A stretch of DNA of 64,000 nt, taken from IMG/VR virus record IMGVR_UViG_3300044796_000141, positions 36,323 to 100,322 of that record; one strand, 5' to 3'. This stretch comes from a virus. The position numbers and the translations under genes were made by a program. Within the stretch, counting starts at the first letter, position 1; each line of letters opens with the position of its first letter. Below are positions 1-8,956 of the stretch, one piece after another. The notes under the pieces were generated by a model that worked only from the letters and a program-made list of their open reading frames with translations, was not told where the DNA came from and did no database searches.

Positions 1-4
1 TTAT

Positions 5-361
5 ATGAAGAAAATTAAAAAATTTAAAGTAAAATCATTACCTCCAGAAGAAATTGCAAAAACACTTGGAGCTTCAAAAGAATATAACAAGGCATTATTG
101 CAACTTGGTCTTCCTAAAAAGATTCCAGAAAAAGAACAATGGCTTTGGGATAATCCAAAGGCGCTAGCTAGCGTTAAGCGTGGACTAAGACAAGCCGGCA
201 AAATGAAAGAAAGTTATGACGATGGTTATAATCAGGGCACAAAAGACCTTTGGAAACAAGTAAAATATATTGTTGCAATTGTTTCAATGGGCGCCACACC
301 AGGTGAGTCTTTAATTGACGAAGCTGACAGACTTATAGAAAAATTTCATAATAAGCGTTGA
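5..361 (+). CDS. hypothetical protein
   Basis: 118-aa ORF in track; no motif recognised. Confidence 0.55.
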   Translation: MKKIKKFKVKSLPPEEIAKTLGASKEYNKALLQLGLPKKIPEKEQWLWDNPKALASVKRGLRQAGKMKESYDDGYNQGTKDLWKQVKYIVAIVSMGATPGESLIDEADRLIEKFHNKR

Positions 362-416
362 CTTTATCAAAAAATGATGATAATATCAGTTTTACATATA
401 CAAGGAGAAAAAATAT

Positions 417-600
417 ATGGCAACTAGAAAAGAAACAGAAGAAATTAAACCTATAGTGCTCGGCACTGATGCTCCTGTTGCTGGTGGTCGGGCCGGGCGG
501 CGGGAGTGGAGTGACATACATATGGTATACTACCGTCTCATCAACAACTGCTAATCCGCAATGGACTTGGAACCAAACTTATCTTAGTGGCGGAATTTAA
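417..600 (+). CDS. small Gly/Thr/Trp-rich peptide, possibly requiring +1 shift at CGG 489-491
   Basis: AGGAG at 403-407, 9 nt before ATG 417. The 0-frame stops at 552-554. Skipping C489 gives ...PVAGG|GPGGGSGVTYIWYTTVSSTTANPQWTWNQTYLSGGI, ending at TAA 598-600, which overlaps ATG 600 (TAATG). Confidence 0.35.
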
Positions 601-914
601 TGAACAATAATTACAAAAATGACAAAGGACACATAACATTTGGAGTGCCTTCGCCTTTAGCAGAAGATTTTAAATCTACGAAAGATTCTGAAACTTTGCA
701 AGAAAAATATGCTACTAAAAAAGTTTGGGTATTGCTTTTTGGAACTGAACAGAGCATGTGTGGTTGCGCCGATGAAAGAATTGCCGGCGTTTATATTTCA
801 GAAGAAAAAGCAAAATTTGCAAAAAACGAAAAAGAATTAGATTTATTAAAACGAAACTATAATCACAGTACAAGAAAGCATTGGTATTTTATAGATTCTT
901 GGGACATAGAGTGA
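600..914 (+). CDS. hypothetical protein
   Basis: 104-aa ORF in track; packed against neighbours. Confidence 0.6.
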   Translation: MNNNYKNDKGHITFGVPSPLAEDFKSTKDSETLQEKYATKKVWVLLFGTEQSMCGCADERIAGVYISEEKAKFAKNEKELDLLKRNYNHSTRKHWYFIDSWDIE

Positions 915-1318
915 AGACCAAAGAGCTAATTGCAATGCTCCAAGAAGAAGACCCTTCTGGCGAAGCTAATGTAATGACATCAGACGGTCCAGTTTATTTT
1001 TGCGAACTTAAACCTGGATGGTATGATGGTGCAGGATATGAACTTATCATTGACGAAAATAAAAAACCATACTACAGTGTTATTGGTATGCGAAGAGATA
1101 CAAGTACAGATAAAATTTGCATTCAGGGCTTAGACATTAGAGACATATTATTTGACGCCAGACCAGAAGAAAGAATGAATAAGTTAATTTGGGAATATAA
1201 AGGCGCGAACCCAAAGGGCTTAGAAGATTTTCTGGCCTACATAAAAGAAGTAAAAGAAAAAGTCCTAAAAGAGATAACAGATATAGAAATTGAATTAAAA
1301 AATTTGGATACTAAATGA
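911..1318 (+). CDS. hypothetical protein
   Basis: Track ORF 881..1318; GTG 911 overlaps the upstream stop (GTGA), so it is the preferred start. Confidence 0.6.
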   Translation: MKTKELIAMLQEEDPSGEANVMTSDGPVYFCELKPGWYDGAGYELIIDENKKPYYSVIGMRRDTSTDKICIQGLDIRDILFDARPEERMNKLIWEYKGANPKGLEDFLAYIKEVKEKVLKEITDIEIELKNLDTK

Positions 1319-1488
1319 AAAAAGATACTAAAATAATTTTAGAAGGAATGGTTCAAGTAGCTTTGATTTTACGAAATCTTTGCATAGCTTGTGCGAAAAA
1401 TTCAAGCACAGAAGCTCAAATGTATTCAGATAATACGCAACACATAAATGAATTATATAAGCTAATCAACCAAACAATATCACAATGA
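1315..1488 (+). CDS. hypothetical small protein (57 aa)
   Basis: Below the track cutoff; ATG overlaps the upstream TGA (ATGA) and its own stop overlaps the next ATG. Confidence 0.45.
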   Translation: MKKDTKIILEGMVQVALILRNLCIACAKNSSTEAQMYSDNTQHINELYKLINQTISQ

Positions 1489-1655
1489 ATTTAGAAGAGC
1501 TATCAGATATATTAGAACCGCGTGAAGAAATAGAAGAGTCCGCTTTTGATGAAGCGGCATTTCAAGCGATGCTAAGAGCGCCTGTACTTTTATTAAATAG
1601 AAATGTCGATTTGTCTCCCGGTGAAATACCTGTTATAAGAAATGTCAATCATTAA
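1485..1655 (+). CDS. small protein, MN[IL]E[EQ]LE-family member (56 aa, no zinc ribbon)
   Basis: MNLEELSDILEP... N-terminus matches the nine copies at 33.7-44.7 kb; ATGA coupling. Confidence 0.5.
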   Translation: MNLEELSDILEPREEIEESAFDEAAFQAMLRAPVLLLNRNVDLSPGEIPVIRNVNH

Positions 1656-1748
1656 TGTTGTTGCCGGTGCTGACATCTTTAGTGTTAGAGTAGATAGCGT
1701 ACAATTAAAACAAGTAAAACAAAATAGAGATTATTAAAGAATTAGCCT

Positions 1749-2054
1749 ATGAAATGGGAATGCACAAACTGTCTTAAAGATATGCAAAATAACTTTAATC
1801 ATTTTGTTTACTATCGGGATGAGGGTGCAGCTCGCTCCAGCGATAAAGAAAACTTTATATGCGACCCTTGCTGGACTGAATGGGTCGGCTCCAAAATAAA
1901 ATCTTACACCTTAGCCTATTGTTCAGTCTGTAGAAAAGACCACTACGAAAACTTCTTTGGATATTATATTACTAGAGTTACAGCAAACAAATCCTATGAC
2001 TTTATGGTGTGTAAAAAGTGTTTGGAAGTTTGTATAGGCAAAGATAATATATGA
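1749..2054 (+). CDS. Cys-rich (multi-CxxC) protein, tandem paralog 1
   Basis: CTNC, CDPC, CSVC and CKKC pairs; C-terminus FMVCKKCLEVCIGKDNI resembles the next ORF. Confidence 0.65.
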   Translation: MKWECTNCLKDMQNNFNHFVYYRDEGAARSSDKENFICDPCWTEWVGSKIKSYTLAYCSVCRKDHYENFFGYYITRVTANKSYDFMVCKKCLEVCIGKDNI

Positions 2055-2389
2055 GTCATTCTCATGGTTCTATGCCGCCGTCATTCCAAGATAAGCATAA
2101 AGAATGCGCCAATTGCAATATCAAATTAGAAAAGAAAGACAAACACTTTCATTATTATCCAGGCAGACCTGGCACTTATAGAAATTATATTTGTACGCTC
2201 TGTTATTACAAATATATTCATAATGATATAGTAGAGCATTCGATGAATTTTTGTTCAATGTGTAAATTGAATGGCGGTAATAATTTCTTTAGATATTTCA
2301 TAAGTTATAGCGAAGCAGAAGAGATAGTGTATGAATTTATGATTTGCCAACTCTGCTTCTGTAAACGCGTAGGCATAGACAATATTTAA
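2051..2389 (+). CDS. Cys-rich (multi-CxxC) protein, tandem paralog 2
   Basis: CANC, CTLC, CSMC and CQLC pairs; C-terminus FMICQLCFCKRVGIDNI; ATGA overlap with paralog 1. Confidence 0.65.
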   Translation: MSHSHGSMPPSFQDKHKECANCNIKLEKKDKHFHYYPGRPGTYRNYICTLCYYKYIHNDIVEHSMNFCSMCKLNGGNNFFRYFISYSEAEEIVYEFMICQLCFCKRVGIDNI

Positions 2390-2408
2390 TCCGCGCTTGG
2401 CGTATTTG

Positions 2409-2437
2409 TTGACAAATACTTCCACTTATGCTATTCT
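2409..2437 (+). promoter_or_regulatory. sigma70-like promoter with extended -10
   Basis: TTGACA 2409-2414, 17-nt spacer, TGc-TATTCT 2429-2437. Confidence 0.55.
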
Positions 2438-2454
2438 TACGCGAGGGAGCTAAA

Positions 2455-2793
2455 ATGAATAAAAATATTAAAAAATGGGTAGAAGCACTTCGTTCAGGCG
2501 AATATAGACAAACTAGAGGCAAGCTTCGTACTAGCAAGACCAATGGTGGCTATTGTTGTTTAGGTGTCCTTTGCGATGTTTTCCAAAAAGAAACTGGCGT
2601 AGGCGAATGGAAAAATAGTCCTCCATATCAAGAAAATATGAAATTTTTGAATCAAGCTGAGAATCCACCAATCAAAGTAAGAAAATGGGTCGGATTAAAT
2701 TATAAAGAAATGAAAAAACTTATTGCCTTAAATGATGGTAGTCATTACAACTTTGCAAAAATTGCAGACTATATAGAAAAAAATATTAAGTAA
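2455..2793 (+). CDS. hypothetical protein (WVEALRSGEY...CCLGVLCD motif)
   Basis: Track frame 2428..2793; ATG 2455 follows a GAGGGAG RBS. Confidence 0.65.
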   Translation: MNKNIKKWVEALRSGEYRQTRGKLRTSKTNGGYCCLGVLCDVFQKETGVGEWKNSPPYQENMKFLNQAENPPIKVRKWVGLNYKEMKKLIALNDGSHYNFAKIADYIEKNIK

Positions 2794-2800
2794 TTGCAAT

Positions 2801-3001
2801 GGGGCAACGCGGAAGGACGCGTAGCAAATGGCAGCAGTGACGAAATGAAGCGGTCGTCATCTCTGGTAACAGAGGGGACATGTGGACGACCCTAGGCGCA
2901 CAAGGGGCGCAACTAGAGCGCGATTATTGTCAGGTCGCCCGGAATCCCGGTTCAAAGCCGGAGCGGAAACGGTCACTAGTAGGTACTCAAGCCCTACCCC
3001 C
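2801..3001 (+). ncRNA. candidate structured RNA (unclassified)
   Basis: ORF-free, GC-rich block in AT-rich flanks. Hairpins: ACGCG/CGCGT 2807-2822, GACGA/TCGTC 2839-2858, CTCTG-GTAA-CAGAG 2861-2874 (GNRA loop), T-arm-like CCGG-TTCAAAG-CCGG 2947-2961. 5' GGGG and 3' CCCC ends. Strand not established. Confidence 0.35.
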
Positions 3002-3011
3002 GTTATTTATA

Positions 3012-3041
3012 TTGACAAACTGAATAGTTGTATGCTACAAT
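3012..3041 (+). promoter_or_regulatory. sigma70-like promoter with extended -10
   Basis: TTGACA 3012-3017, 18-nt spacer, TGc-TACAAT ending 3041. Confidence 0.6.
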
Positions 3042-3047
3042 AAGAAA

Positions 3048-3692
3048 ATGGCACAAAATATTAATGAACCAACCGATACAACTACAAGTAAATGGTTGGC
3101 TATTATGACAACTATTCTCGCAACCAATGACGGTACAAAGATAATCAATAATTTATTATTGTTGATTCATATCACTATACAAGAAAAATATTCTTTAGTT
3201 ATTTTTTGGTTTATTTGTTTTTGGTCGTATCGTTTTATAGTACCTAAAAAAAAACATAAAGAAAAAGAAATTCCAATATCCTTTTCAAAAATAGCTAAAA
3301 AACAAAGAATAATTGACATAGTTTCTAGTTTGGGATTAATCTTAATAAGAGAATTTATATTAGATAAATTAGGTGTATTATATTATGAAAGTTTCGCGCG
3401 CCCAAAACCATGGTATGAAAAAAGCACTTGGAATGCCGCAACACCTGAATCAATTGCAAGCCATGAAAAAAATATTGATTGGTTGGACAGAATAAGATTT
3501 AAAAATGGCATCGCTAAAGAATACCAATATTCGCGTGACCATAAAACTTTAACCGTAAAAGAAACAGAACCTAATGAAATTGCATTTAAAGATACTATTG
3601 GAGATATGCAAAAAGAATTTTTAGTACTTCTTTTTGCTTCTAATCATTTTCCTTTTTGGTATTTGATAAGAAAATTAAAAAGAATTAAATGA
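3048..3692 (+). CDS. membrane protein, hypothetical
   Basis: 214-aa ORF with hydrophobic segments (WLAIMTTILA, VIFWFICFW). Confidence 0.6.
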   Translation: MAQNINEPTDTTTSKWLAIMTTILATNDGTKIINNLLLLIHITIQEKYSLVIFWFICFWSYRFIVPKKKHKEKEIPISFSKIAKKQRIIDIVSSLGLILIREFILDKLGVLYYESFARPKPWYEKSTWNAATPESIASHEKNIDWLDRIRFKNGIAKEYQYSRDHKTLTVKETEPNEIAFKDTIGDMQKEFLVLLFASNHFPFWYLIRKLKRIK

Positions 3693-4478
3693 ACGAGCAA
3701 GACTTCAAACAAACCTTAACTGGAACTATATATCGAATTGTATTCCCTAATGGTAAAGTATACATCGGGCAAACAATCCAGAATGTAAAAGACAGATTCG
3801 GGTCTCATAAAAAAGACGCCTATCACGATGCCAATCCGGCCTATTATACTCTTATAGGAAAAGCAATTCGTAAATACGGTAAAGAAAATATTAAATTAGA
3901 AATCCTTCATGAAAAAATTCAATGGGATGATTTAGACAATTTAGAAATATCTGAAATTAAAAACCATAGCTCTATGGACCCCGCCAAGGGGTATAATATG
4001 ACCGAAGGACGGACACTTTAACCAGCGCAATGCCGACAAGGCCAAAGAGAACTTTGAGCGTTATTTATCTGATAAAAAAATAAAAGAAAAATTAGAAATA
4101 ATAAAAACGCAAAAAAGAGCATTAACTAATTTTGAAAAGAATTTAAAGAAAGACTTAACTCAATTTGTTAACAGCCAAGATAATACTAAAGAAGAAGAAT
4201 TAGAAACTATAAGAAATAGGTTTTTGTTTGCCAAAAAACAAAAAGAAATTAATCAAAGTTTAGCAAATGGAACCAGGCAAAAATCATCGCAATATAGAGG
4301 CGTGTGTTACGACAAGCAACACGACAAATGGAAAGCTTCAATTAAATATCAAGGTAAAAAAATACATATAGGGCAATTTAAAACGCAAGAAGACGCTGCA
4401 TTAGCTTATAATAACAAAGCAATTCAATTATTAGGTAATAAAGCTGTATTAAACGTTATCAATTATCCTATACCATAA
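3689..4478 (+). CDS. GIY-YIG homing endonuclease with C-terminal AP2 DNA-binding domain; needs +1 shift at CGG 4010-4012
   Basis: N-terminus IYRIVFPNGKVYIGQT...GSHKK...GYNMTEG. Skipping C4010 continues GHFNQRN... with no stop, through YRGVCYDKQHDKWKASIKYQGKKIHIGQFKTQEDAALAYN (AP2), to 4478. Confidence 0.75.
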
Positions 4479-4633
4479 ATTTTTATTCCCGTATTTTTCG
4501 ACGCAATAGGAATAGCGGGTTCACTTACAATTTCAGAAAACTTTATATGTTTGTTGTTATGTCCATTGAGGCGTTATATACCCCTTAATTAAGCGCTGAA
4601 CCCGCACCTTAATTGCGTGGTATACGCCTTGCT

Positions 4634-4695
4634 AATGCATATCATATGCCAGTCACGCATTGTAACGCATTAGGTTATGGCATATGATATGCATT
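4634..4695. repeat. perfect 18-bp inverted repeat with 26-nt spacer
   Basis: AATGCATATCATATGCCA 4634-4651 and TGGCATATGATATGCATT 4678-4695. Confidence 0.85.
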
Positions 4696-5648
4696 GCTTA
4701 TATATTATACTAAGAGTTATAAGGCTATGAGCAACGCGTTATAATATGCGCGTGTCTATCCCTTGACTACTGCTTACTATTGCAATGCCAATGCCTTTCT
4801 GTCACTCACTATTCTATAACAATATCAATAGGTTACACTTGGCATAAGAATTGCCCTGCATTGTATAGACTCACAAACTGGAATAACCTGTTATAAGAAT
4901 TAAGTAATCGTTTTCTTTAGCACGCACAAACCATGCCATTTAGATTGCGTTTAGAATGCATTACATATTGCGTATGTATGCGTAAGATAACCCTTGACAC
5001 TAGCTTTAATGTATGCATTAGGATTGCGCGTGCTTACAAAGATATTAACTTCTCAGTTGTCAAGTAAAATCTAAAGCTTAGTTTAAATTATACACCATAG
5101 GGAAACACTAAGCGAACGCATATCCTAACGCGTTGTGTTATACCTATACAATACCTTAACATATCTGCTTAACTCCCGCATAAAGAGCGCGTTTATATGC
5201 GTTGTAAGTGCTGCAATAGTCTGTCAGTATACACGCGCACATAACGCAGTGTGTTACGCAGAGCTTTAAGCTTATATAAAACATATACTAATGTTTAATC
5301 TAAACGTATAGGTATGCATCTATCTGGCATGAGTAATGCAGATATAATAATACTATAAGCATTTACCTTGCAAGTATTATACCTATGGTGTATAATGATT
5401 ATATATTCATATGGTATCTGCTATCCTTATGTATGTGTTTCGGTATTGAATGCCGCTCAAATGGAGTGCAGTTGCTATCATGTACGCTTGCCGGTCTAAT
5501 GCGTTGAATAACGCGCACGGGGCGCCTAGTCTCTGTCCTAGTATGCCTATGGGTTAGCGTGGTTCTAATCGCCTTTAAACCGCTCGCGCTCAACTTGGCA
5601 TAGGAGCAGTGCGTCAAGAGCACCCATAACTATGCAAAAAAGTCAATA

Positions 5649-5838
5649 GTGACGTTTCTTGTCAGTTTTCTCCTATACTATCCGTAAACTAATCGCCTAT
5701 CCTACTGAATACTATAAGAATTTATAAGAGTGACGTTTTTTGCTCCCCTAGGCGCAAATTGTCACCTGTTTTTCCCTAATGTTTTCCGCCCCTTAGATGT
5801 TTCGCGTGCTTAATGGGTGACGTTTCTTGTCAGTTTTC
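5649..5838. repeat. 22-nt perfect direct repeat (2 copies) plus a partial third copy
   Basis: GTGACGTTTCTTGTCAGTTTTC at 5649-5670 and 5817-5838; GTGACGTTTTTTG at 5730-5742; each has an internal TGAC...GTCA dyad. Confidence 0.8.
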
Positions 5839-6477
5839 GTTCTGCTTAATAAGCGCCACCCCTTGAATTCATTGGGTTTTCTATTAGATTTTTAGCTTGG
5901 CACTTGCTATGCATTTACTTAGAATCACATAGACGCCGCAAACAACCGATAAAAGGTTAGATGCGCTAGCGAAACGGTTAAACCGTGTAGCTATTAAATG
6001 TCGCGACTTGCAAGGCTCTAGCGGGCCAAGGTTAACAAGTCTAGGTGATGCGCTCCAAGGTGGCGCATGACTGAGCCTAATAGGGTAAGGCAATCCTAGG
6101 GAATGACCTGCTAGCGGCTTAGATAAACCATGTGCGCCGCTACACCGCAAGTGCATATAGAGTAGCTAAAACCATTCGATTGCTTAGATACATAAACAAT
6201 ATTTAAGCGTTGTCTGTTAGTGGACTATAACAGTAGTGGCTTGCGTGATTAAATGAATTTTGTTTCACTTTAGCCGCTTTCACAGGGTTAGACGGTCGCA
6301 ACCTTCCCGCGCTATGTGCTCGCGTTGTTTAACGCTAGCTGATGTTGAGCCGCATACGCTCGCGACCGAGATTAAATAGCTTTACAATTGCGGATTAAAC
6401 GCAGTTGTGTTTTCTCGCATCGCATTAGCCTGTTAGCCTTGTGCTAGCGTGTTAGTGCGATGCACAGTCAACATAAC

Positions 6478-6506
6478 TTGACTAAGATTTTAAACCGTGC
6501 AAATGT
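6478..6506 (+). promoter_or_regulatory. sigma70-like promoter
   Basis: TTGACT 6478-6483, 17-nt spacer, TGc-AAATGT 6498-6506; lies upstream of 6528. Confidence 0.45.
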
Positions 6507-6527
6507 GCACACAACAAAGGATAATAT

Positions 6528-6839
6528 ATGAACAGCATTGTTAATACCATTCTCGCTCGCCTTGCCTCGCAATTTGCCTCAAATGTTGGCACAACTGGTA
6601 GCGGCACCTTGTCGCATGATACTTTGCTCGCTATGGCGTGCGACCTTGGCTTGACTGAGCGCAAGCGCAAAGTGGGCACGGTTGCAACGCTTGCCGGTTG
6701 TGAGTATGTCGGCGCGGATATGCGCGAAGTAGTGGAAGCGACAAAGGAAGCGCGCGAAGCGGCTAAAATCGACGCGCAGATTGCTAAGCTTACTGCTAAG
6801 CGCGAGCAATTGGCGAGCGGTAACGCAGCACAAGCTTAA
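6528..6839 (+). CDS. hypothetical protein, island family A (paralog of 9364, 11665, 11905)
   Basis: Shared ...L(T/A)..A.......ER(K/G)R..G......G.(E/D)(Y/F)V... core and a C-terminal IAKL.AK(R/Q).. coiled tail. Confidence 0.7.
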   Translation: MNSIVNTILARLASQFASNVGTTGSGTLSHDTLLAMACDLGLTERKRKVGTVATLAGCEYVGADMREVVEATKEAREAAKIDAQIAKLTAKREQLASGNAAQA

Positions 6840-6904
6840 TTGCTTATAGTGCTTCTAAGCGAAAGCTTAGGGGCATTAGTAAACAACTAAGAAAGGATTA
6901 AGCA

Positions 6905-7078
6905 ATGATACAAAACAAAGTAACGAAAGCTTTCGCTATTGTTGTGCGCATGGTCGAAAAAGAAAAAGAATTGTCCGGCGAGTATCAAGGCAATCAATGG
7001 GCAATCCAATTTGCAGCCGAGCACGTGAAGCTTAATAGCGATGAATTGCGCCGCTTGACTAACCTTTGTAACCTGTGA
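6905..7078 (+). CDS. hypothetical small protein (57 aa)
   Basis: ATG 6905 after GGATTAAG; below the track cutoff. Confidence 0.4.
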   Translation: MIQNKVTKAFAIVVRMVEKEKELSGEYQGNQWAIQFAAEHVKLNSDELRRLTNLCNL

Positions 7079-7090
7079 AAGGGTAATGAC

Positions 7091-7282
7091 ATGACGAAAA
7101 AAGATTATGAATTGATTGCACGCAATTTTAGGACCACAATGGCCACGGCTAAGCGATTGAAAGCGGACGCAAGCGCGGGAATGATTCTAGTGCTAGCGAA
7201 TAGCCTAGCCGCTGATTTAGCGATTGATAACCCGCGCTTTAATCGCGAGACATTCCTTAGCGCTTGTGGTATTGCATACTAA
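7091..7282 (+). CDS. hypothetical protein
   Basis: Track ORF; RBS-like GGGTAA upstream. Confidence 0.55.
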   Translation: MTKKDYELIARNFRTTMATAKRLKADASAGMILVLANSLAADLAIDNPRFNRETFLSACGIAY

Positions 7283-7297
7283 CGAAAGGGTAAACAT

Positions 7298-7528
7298 ATG
7301 TCAGATTATAACGGTTGGTCTAATTGGGATACATGGAACACTAACCTTTATCTAAACAATGATGAGGGGAGTTATTTTGCGGCGCGTGCTATCTGCCGCA
7401 AAGACCATCGCCCTAGCTGCGAAAAAGATTTAGAAGCATTGGCGCGCGAGATTGTGCCGACTAGTGAAGGTATAGACTTTAATGATGTTGACTGGCAAGA
7501 AATTATTAAAGGTTTCAACGAAGATTAA
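7298..7528 (+). CDS. hypothetical protein (WSNWDTWNTNLYLNNDE motif)
   Basis: Track ORF; AAGGGT RBS. Confidence 0.6.
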   Translation: MSDYNGWSNWDTWNTNLYLNNDEGSYFAARAICRKDHRPSCEKDLEALAREIVPTSEGIDFNDVDWQEIIKGFNED

Positions 7529-7673
7529 ACGCTTATAATGTATATAATTGGGTTGTCTCTCTGAACGCGGCGTAAAATGTGGGAATGAATAAAGTTAACG
7601 CGGGAATTAGTACCACATAACCCAATTAGCTACATTATTAAACGCTTAATGATTATATAATCAGGGAGCCTAT

Positions 7674-8240
7674 ATGAAATTTGTAATCGTTATCTTATTC
7701 GCACTGCTTACCGCGTGCCGCATTACCACACAAACCTTTAACACTAAGGCAGAGAGTAACGCGCTAGACGTTGCGAGCCTTGCTAACGCTGTAGACTTTG
7801 CTAACAGTGTCGCCGGTTGCGAAATGATTAGAATGGATGACAAGGTAGCGGCTAACTTTACCTTTTCAACCGATAAGGAATGTGAAAGCACACTTAAAAA
7901 TAACACTTGTCCAGGGGGGCAATGTGAAGGTATTACATACTGGAGCATTGCAACGCAGCCGACTATCTGCGCGCGCTCATATGCGGTTTATCCGTGGTCG
8001 TTTGCATGGTCTAACAATGATGTGAGCAATAAAGATGCGGCTGCTTATGTTACCTATTTACACGAAATAGGACATGCGGCCGGGCTTGACCATACAAAGC
8101 GAGTGGGTGATATCATGTATCAGGAAGTTGTAAGCGATGGTCAAGTTTACAACTTTGATAGCGTTGAACGATTTATTAAACAACTGAAGGATAACGGCAA
8201 TAAATGCTTGCCGCCTAAAGGAAATAAAAATGTCAACTAA
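7674..8240 (+). CDS. lipoprotein, metzincin-like zinc metalloprotease
   Basis: Lipobox LLTAC at the N-terminus; HEIGHAAGLDH (HExxHxxGxxH). Confidence 0.75.
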   Translation: MKFVIVILFALLTACRITTQTFNTKAESNALDVASLANAVDFANSVAGCEMIRMDDKVAANFTFSTDKECESTLKNNTCPGGQCEGITYWSIATQPTICARSYAVYPWSFAWSNNDVSNKDAAAYVTYLHEIGHAAGLDHTKRVGDIMYQEVVSDGQVYNFDSVERFIKQLKDNGNKCLPPKGNKNVN

Positions 8241-8823
8241 ATATTATATAATTATGTTTATGATGGCTGCTTGCCGCGACCCTTTCGCGCCCGCTGATGT
8301 CCTTTGCCATGATTACAACGCAATTGAACGCACCACAGTTAACTTGGCGCCGCAAGCGACTGTTGATTGCGTAGTGAATGCCATGAATGAGGCGCTAGAG
8401 TGTGAGCAATTTAGCGTTAATGGCTTGACAGTTACTAACAAAATTACTAACGCAATGATTACAATTCATTTTGTTAGCCACGATATCACGGCAACTAATA
8501 ATGAATTGCCTTCGGCTGAACAAAGCGAAGTGAAAAAGACTGGAGATTATTGCGGCTATACATTCAACACAAAAGCGGGCGCTAATCCTACATATGATAT
8601 TTATGTTGATAACGGCAATGATGCTAGCAATGATGCGCCAAGTATTCTCGCGCATGAGTTAGGCCATTCAATGCTCTTGACATTCCCTGATAATCCTACG
8701 GATAGTGTTCACTCGCTTGATGTCAATAACTTAATGTATTATTCAGGCACACCATTTTTGTCTAAGTCTAATCTCGCTACAATGGCGAATGAATTGCAAC
8801 AACAAAACTTAACCTGTAAATAA
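8230..8823 (+). CDS. lipoprotein, HExxH metalloprotease-like
   Basis: Lipobox MMAAC; HELGHSM motif; overlaps the upstream gene. Confidence 0.7.
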   Translation: MSTKYYIIMFMMAACRDPFAPADVLCHDYNAIERTTVNLAPQATVDCVVNAMNEALECEQFSVNGLTVTNKITNAMITIHFVSHDITATNNELPSAEQSEVKKTGDYCGYTFNTKAGANPTYDIYVDNGNDASNDAPSILAHELGHSMLLTFPDNPTDSVHSLDVNNLMYYSGTPFLSKSNLATMANELQQQNLTCK

Positions 8824-8834
8824 AGGAAATTTAT

Positions 8835-8945
8835 ATGAACACTAAAGAAAAAATTATCTCTTCATTCTTTGCCGCGTCTATTGTCCTTAGTTCATTCGGT
8901 ATCGTTGCGGCGTGGGCGCATTGTTTGGCAGTCATTCACGGATAA
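8835..8945 (+). CDS. small membrane peptide (36 aa)
   Basis: AAAGGAAA RBS; hydrophobic core FFAASIVLSSFGIVAAW. Confidence 0.3.
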   Translation: MNTKEKIISSFFAASIVLSSFGIVAAWAHCLAVIHG

Positions 8946-8956
8946 TAGGGGGATAT

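Larger units (their letters stand above)
4479..6527. other. about 2 kb ORF-poor, GC-richer non-coding region
   Basis: No credible ORF in six frames; the only track ORFs are two low-complexity minus-strand ones. Contains inverted and direct repeats and promoter-like sites (e.g. TTGCAA-17-TATAAT near 5368-5396). Confidence 0.6.

Noticed and set aside
2801-3001. tmRNA
   Set aside because: It begins with GGGG and has a T-arm-like hairpin. But it is about 200 nt, lacks a 3' acceptor/CCA pairing with the 5' end, and its only tag-like reading frame (ANGSSDEMKR...) does not end in a hydrophobic ALAA-type tag.
4224-4478. Stand-alone TTG-initiated AP2-domain ORF
   Set aside because: The same frame is open back to 4002 and joins the GIY-YIG ORF through the CGG site at 4010. 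An isolated AP2 domain with a TTG start and no RBS is less likely.
5399-6156. Minus-strand track ORFs 5399..5623 and 5884..6156 as genes
   Set aside because: They are Arg/Ser/Pro/His-rich, low-complexity translations with no RBS or neighbours. They sit in the ORF-poor block that looks non-coding.
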